NCBI RefSeq assembly: GCF_000181795.1
Contig: NW_003526941.1
Coordinates: forward strand, 1,653,469 to 1,717,468
From: Trichinella spiralis
Taxonomy: Eukaryota
DNA length: 64,000 nt
Direction: 5' to 3'
Shown here: positions 61,449 to 64,000 of the stretch, in pieces
How the letters are laid out: every line of letters starts with the position of its first letter
How positions within the stretch are numbered: position 1 is the first letter of the stretch
Made by a program: the position numbers and the translations under genes
Notes under the pieces: model-generated
The model's input: the letters and a program-made list of their open reading frames with translations, nothing else
The model's database searches: none
Told to the model about the DNA's origin: nothing

Positions 61449-63943
61449 CTAGCTAACCGTACGGAGGGTAACTCTTTTTGACGGTGGTGTAAGGTGATCA
61501 GGCAATTCAGTTGGCATTTCGTGGCCATCCAATTTCAAATTAATCAAATAATTCGCCAACGCAAACTCATCTGCATCTAGCATTCCATCTTTGTCCACGT
61601 CGGCTAATTTCCAAATTTTACTCAACACTGAATTCGGCAATTTCGACTTGACCATATGCGCTTTCGCTACCGCACCTATAATTGCTTTTTAAATTTCCCC
61701 TTAAAAAAATAATTATTTTAAAGTAATTACCAGTAATCTTTCCATCCAGTGGATTCATGGTGTCGAATATTTCATCCCATTTGTAACGTTCCTTTTCCAC
61801 TACCCACTGAGGTTCGTCGGCGCCGGCGTTCACTCCTTCACCACGTCCAAAGCTGAACGGCGTTTCACGAATTTCACTGAACGCGCCTCCTTTCACTATC
61901 GATCGTTCAGGTTTCACCACTTGCTCTTCTTGAGGGATCTGTGTCATCAGACGAGCTGAAACAAGCGGAAAAAATGACTATTACATACGTGTACAATATC
62001 AACATACCAATATCCGATGCTAACATTCCATCGACCATTTCGATCAATTTCGGTTTCAGTGGATTGAATTTGGAAAAGTCATGATGTACCAATAACTCTT
62101 GCATTCGTTTCATGTCTGGAAAATCTCCAGGCGAGATGTTGTACTCTCGTTGCAGTTGCTCGTAAATTTTGTCCAAATTTTGTATCAGTTCTTTTTTCCG
62201 CTTCTCCTTGCCCATCATAGACGGCATCTCCTTCTTCAAATGTGCGATGATGTAGGCGTGGACTTTGGCCAGTCGAGCCCGTTTGATCAGATCATTCAAT
62301 TTTCGCAGAGCGGCGTTGCGCGGCAAGCTCTGCAAGTCCGCAAACAAATCGTGCTGTTCATCTTCGAATAGACGTCGGTTTATGTCATGATGCAACGGCT
62401 GGTCCCAGAATGAACCAATGTATACACGAGCCACCTCCGGTGTCCGGAACACCTTTCCCAACGACCACATCAACGCACCGTAGACACGCATCAGTTGTTG
62501 GTGGTCGACCATGTCGGCTTTGTTCAGCACAATGCGTACCTTGTCTTCGTTTCCTCCGACCGCCTCAATGCAACGACGGAACTCATCGCTGATGTCCAAC
62601 TTATGAGCGTCGAACAACAAAATTATTCGATCAACTCTTTCGGCGAACCTGAATTATAAAACTAACATATTCAGACAACATACAACTAACTTGACGATCT
62701 ACAGTAATAATGTTGCAAAAAAAAGTATAGAAAACTTCGTCTTTCAAATACATTACTATTTTACATTGAGTGCTGCTTACTTGTGTGCATGTGTTCAAGC
62801 ATAGCTACAAGGCAAACAATTAAAGAGTGCACAGTATTAATAGGAACACGTTAACCGGTTAACTCACATATACATTCTATGCTGTTGGTGAAAATAGTTT
62901 GTTTACATTTAAGTTCACTTAAATGAGTCACTGTGGTAAAACTTCATGACTGTTCAAATACATAAATGCATGTATGAATCACGCTCATGGAAGAGAACGA
63001 AAAATAAAATATGGAAAGCACGCAACAACTGATATGCATAAAGAAGCTTAATTATCATTATTAACTCACAGTATCAACACTGCAAAACTTTCGATCTACG
63101 TCAGCTTAAGAACAGGTAAATCACTATTTTATTTCAGTTTTCCAATGTTATTTTTCTCTGAAATTATGAAAACTTATTTTTCGTTTTCTCCTTTCCAACT
63201 TATTTATTGAAAAACTAGCTTGTGCAAGCGGAAAAATCCCGCACAAACATATTGATGGCTTATCAAAATTTACGTGTCAATCAAAAATCCAGATCATGTT
63301 CAACACAATGTTTGCTATAAGCATGAACAGACAAACCAGAAGGGAAATAACATACCATTCGAGCACGCCGACAAAATCATAGCCTCGATCAATACGCTGC
63401 TTCTCGCCGGATAAGATGCCTGGCGTGTCAACGATCGTCAAACTATTTAGCACTTCGTTGTTGAGTTGAGAGCATTGGAATCGATTTAAGAATGCGTTTC
63501 CAAATTTAGAAAGTGGACGAAACTGACGTTTCGTGTCCACGACAAGGGCATTACCTTTACAAATGAGAAAGTGAAAAAAAATTACTTGAAAATACAAATT
63601 AAAACAATTTACCAGGAACCATTCCTTCTTGTTCACCATGCATGACTACGATAAAGCGATCTGTAGTTGGTTCAGGACCGATTCTCATTCCGGGAAAGTC
63701 GGTTTCCAACAGGTATCGAATAAATGTAGTTTTGCCTGTTGAATATTGACCAACGAGTAAAATCATCGGTTTGGCATCGAAATCTGGATCTTCCAAAGGC
63801 GGCGAGTGAAATTCATGAAATTTGTAATGTTCTTCCAAAGGGAGCAGCTTCTGCTTGTACACTTTCTTCAAACTTTCCGTAACGGACAAGAACACTTCTG
63901 GATTCTTTTTACGCTTGGTATCGTTATTTATGAAAGAGAACAT
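61449..63943 (-). CDS. rme-1: EH domain-containing dynamin-like ATPase RME-1/EHD1
   Basis: Exons 63943-63612, 63555-63356, 62649-62008, 61948-61732, 61676-61449. Motifs [37 protein letters not shown] and a C-terminal EH domain. A splice acceptor just upstream of the ATG means further 5' exons or trans-splicing are possible. Confidence 0.97.
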
Positions 63944-64000
63944 CTTCGGCTGCGGCTGAAAAGCAAAGCAAAACCACACGCTGATATATGGATGAAGTCA

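Noticed and set aside
1..64000. Prokaryotic-type systems (CRISPR array, defence operon), transposase/reverse transcriptase, rRNA, canonical tRNA
   Set aside because: No regularly spaced direct repeats, no long intronless mobile-element ORFs and no tRNA T-loop/cloverleaf seen; all real genes are spliced eukaryotic genes.

Overview
Eukaryotic, AT-rich, intron-containing genomic DNA from a nematode. It is most likely Trichinella (clade I), inferred from ~55-70 nt introns, a DNase II-like gene lacking both HxK motifs and nematode-type degenerin, globin and PQM-1-like genes. I rebuilt 16 spliced protein-coding genes by hand. In order they are: a PQM-1-like C2H2 zinc finger (3' end outside the window), CDK8, a globin X/neuroglobin-like globin, a 5xSushi type I membrane protein (SUSD4/6-like), a DNase II-like secreted protein, a DEG-1-like DEG/ENaC channel, a second globin, two paralogous secreted WAP-(Cys-repeat)-WAP proteins flanking eIF3F, ASNSD1, calcineurin B, two tandem NDUFA2 (complex I B8) paralogs, a REPS-like EH protein and RME-1/EHD1. 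I found no prokaryotic systems, CRISPR arrays, transposases, rRNA or canonical tRNA. The best leads are: the tandem, operon-like NDUFA2 pair; the 6-cysteine WAP pair with Pro/Arg/Tyr tails; an 86-nt three-way-junction RNA-like element ending in ACCA; a near-complete miR-31/miR-72 complement in a 3' UTR hairpin; and a DNase II-like protein and an ASNSD1 glutaminase domain that both look catalytically dead. All exon models and family calls come from reading the sequence and recalling motifs; no searches or folding programs were run.
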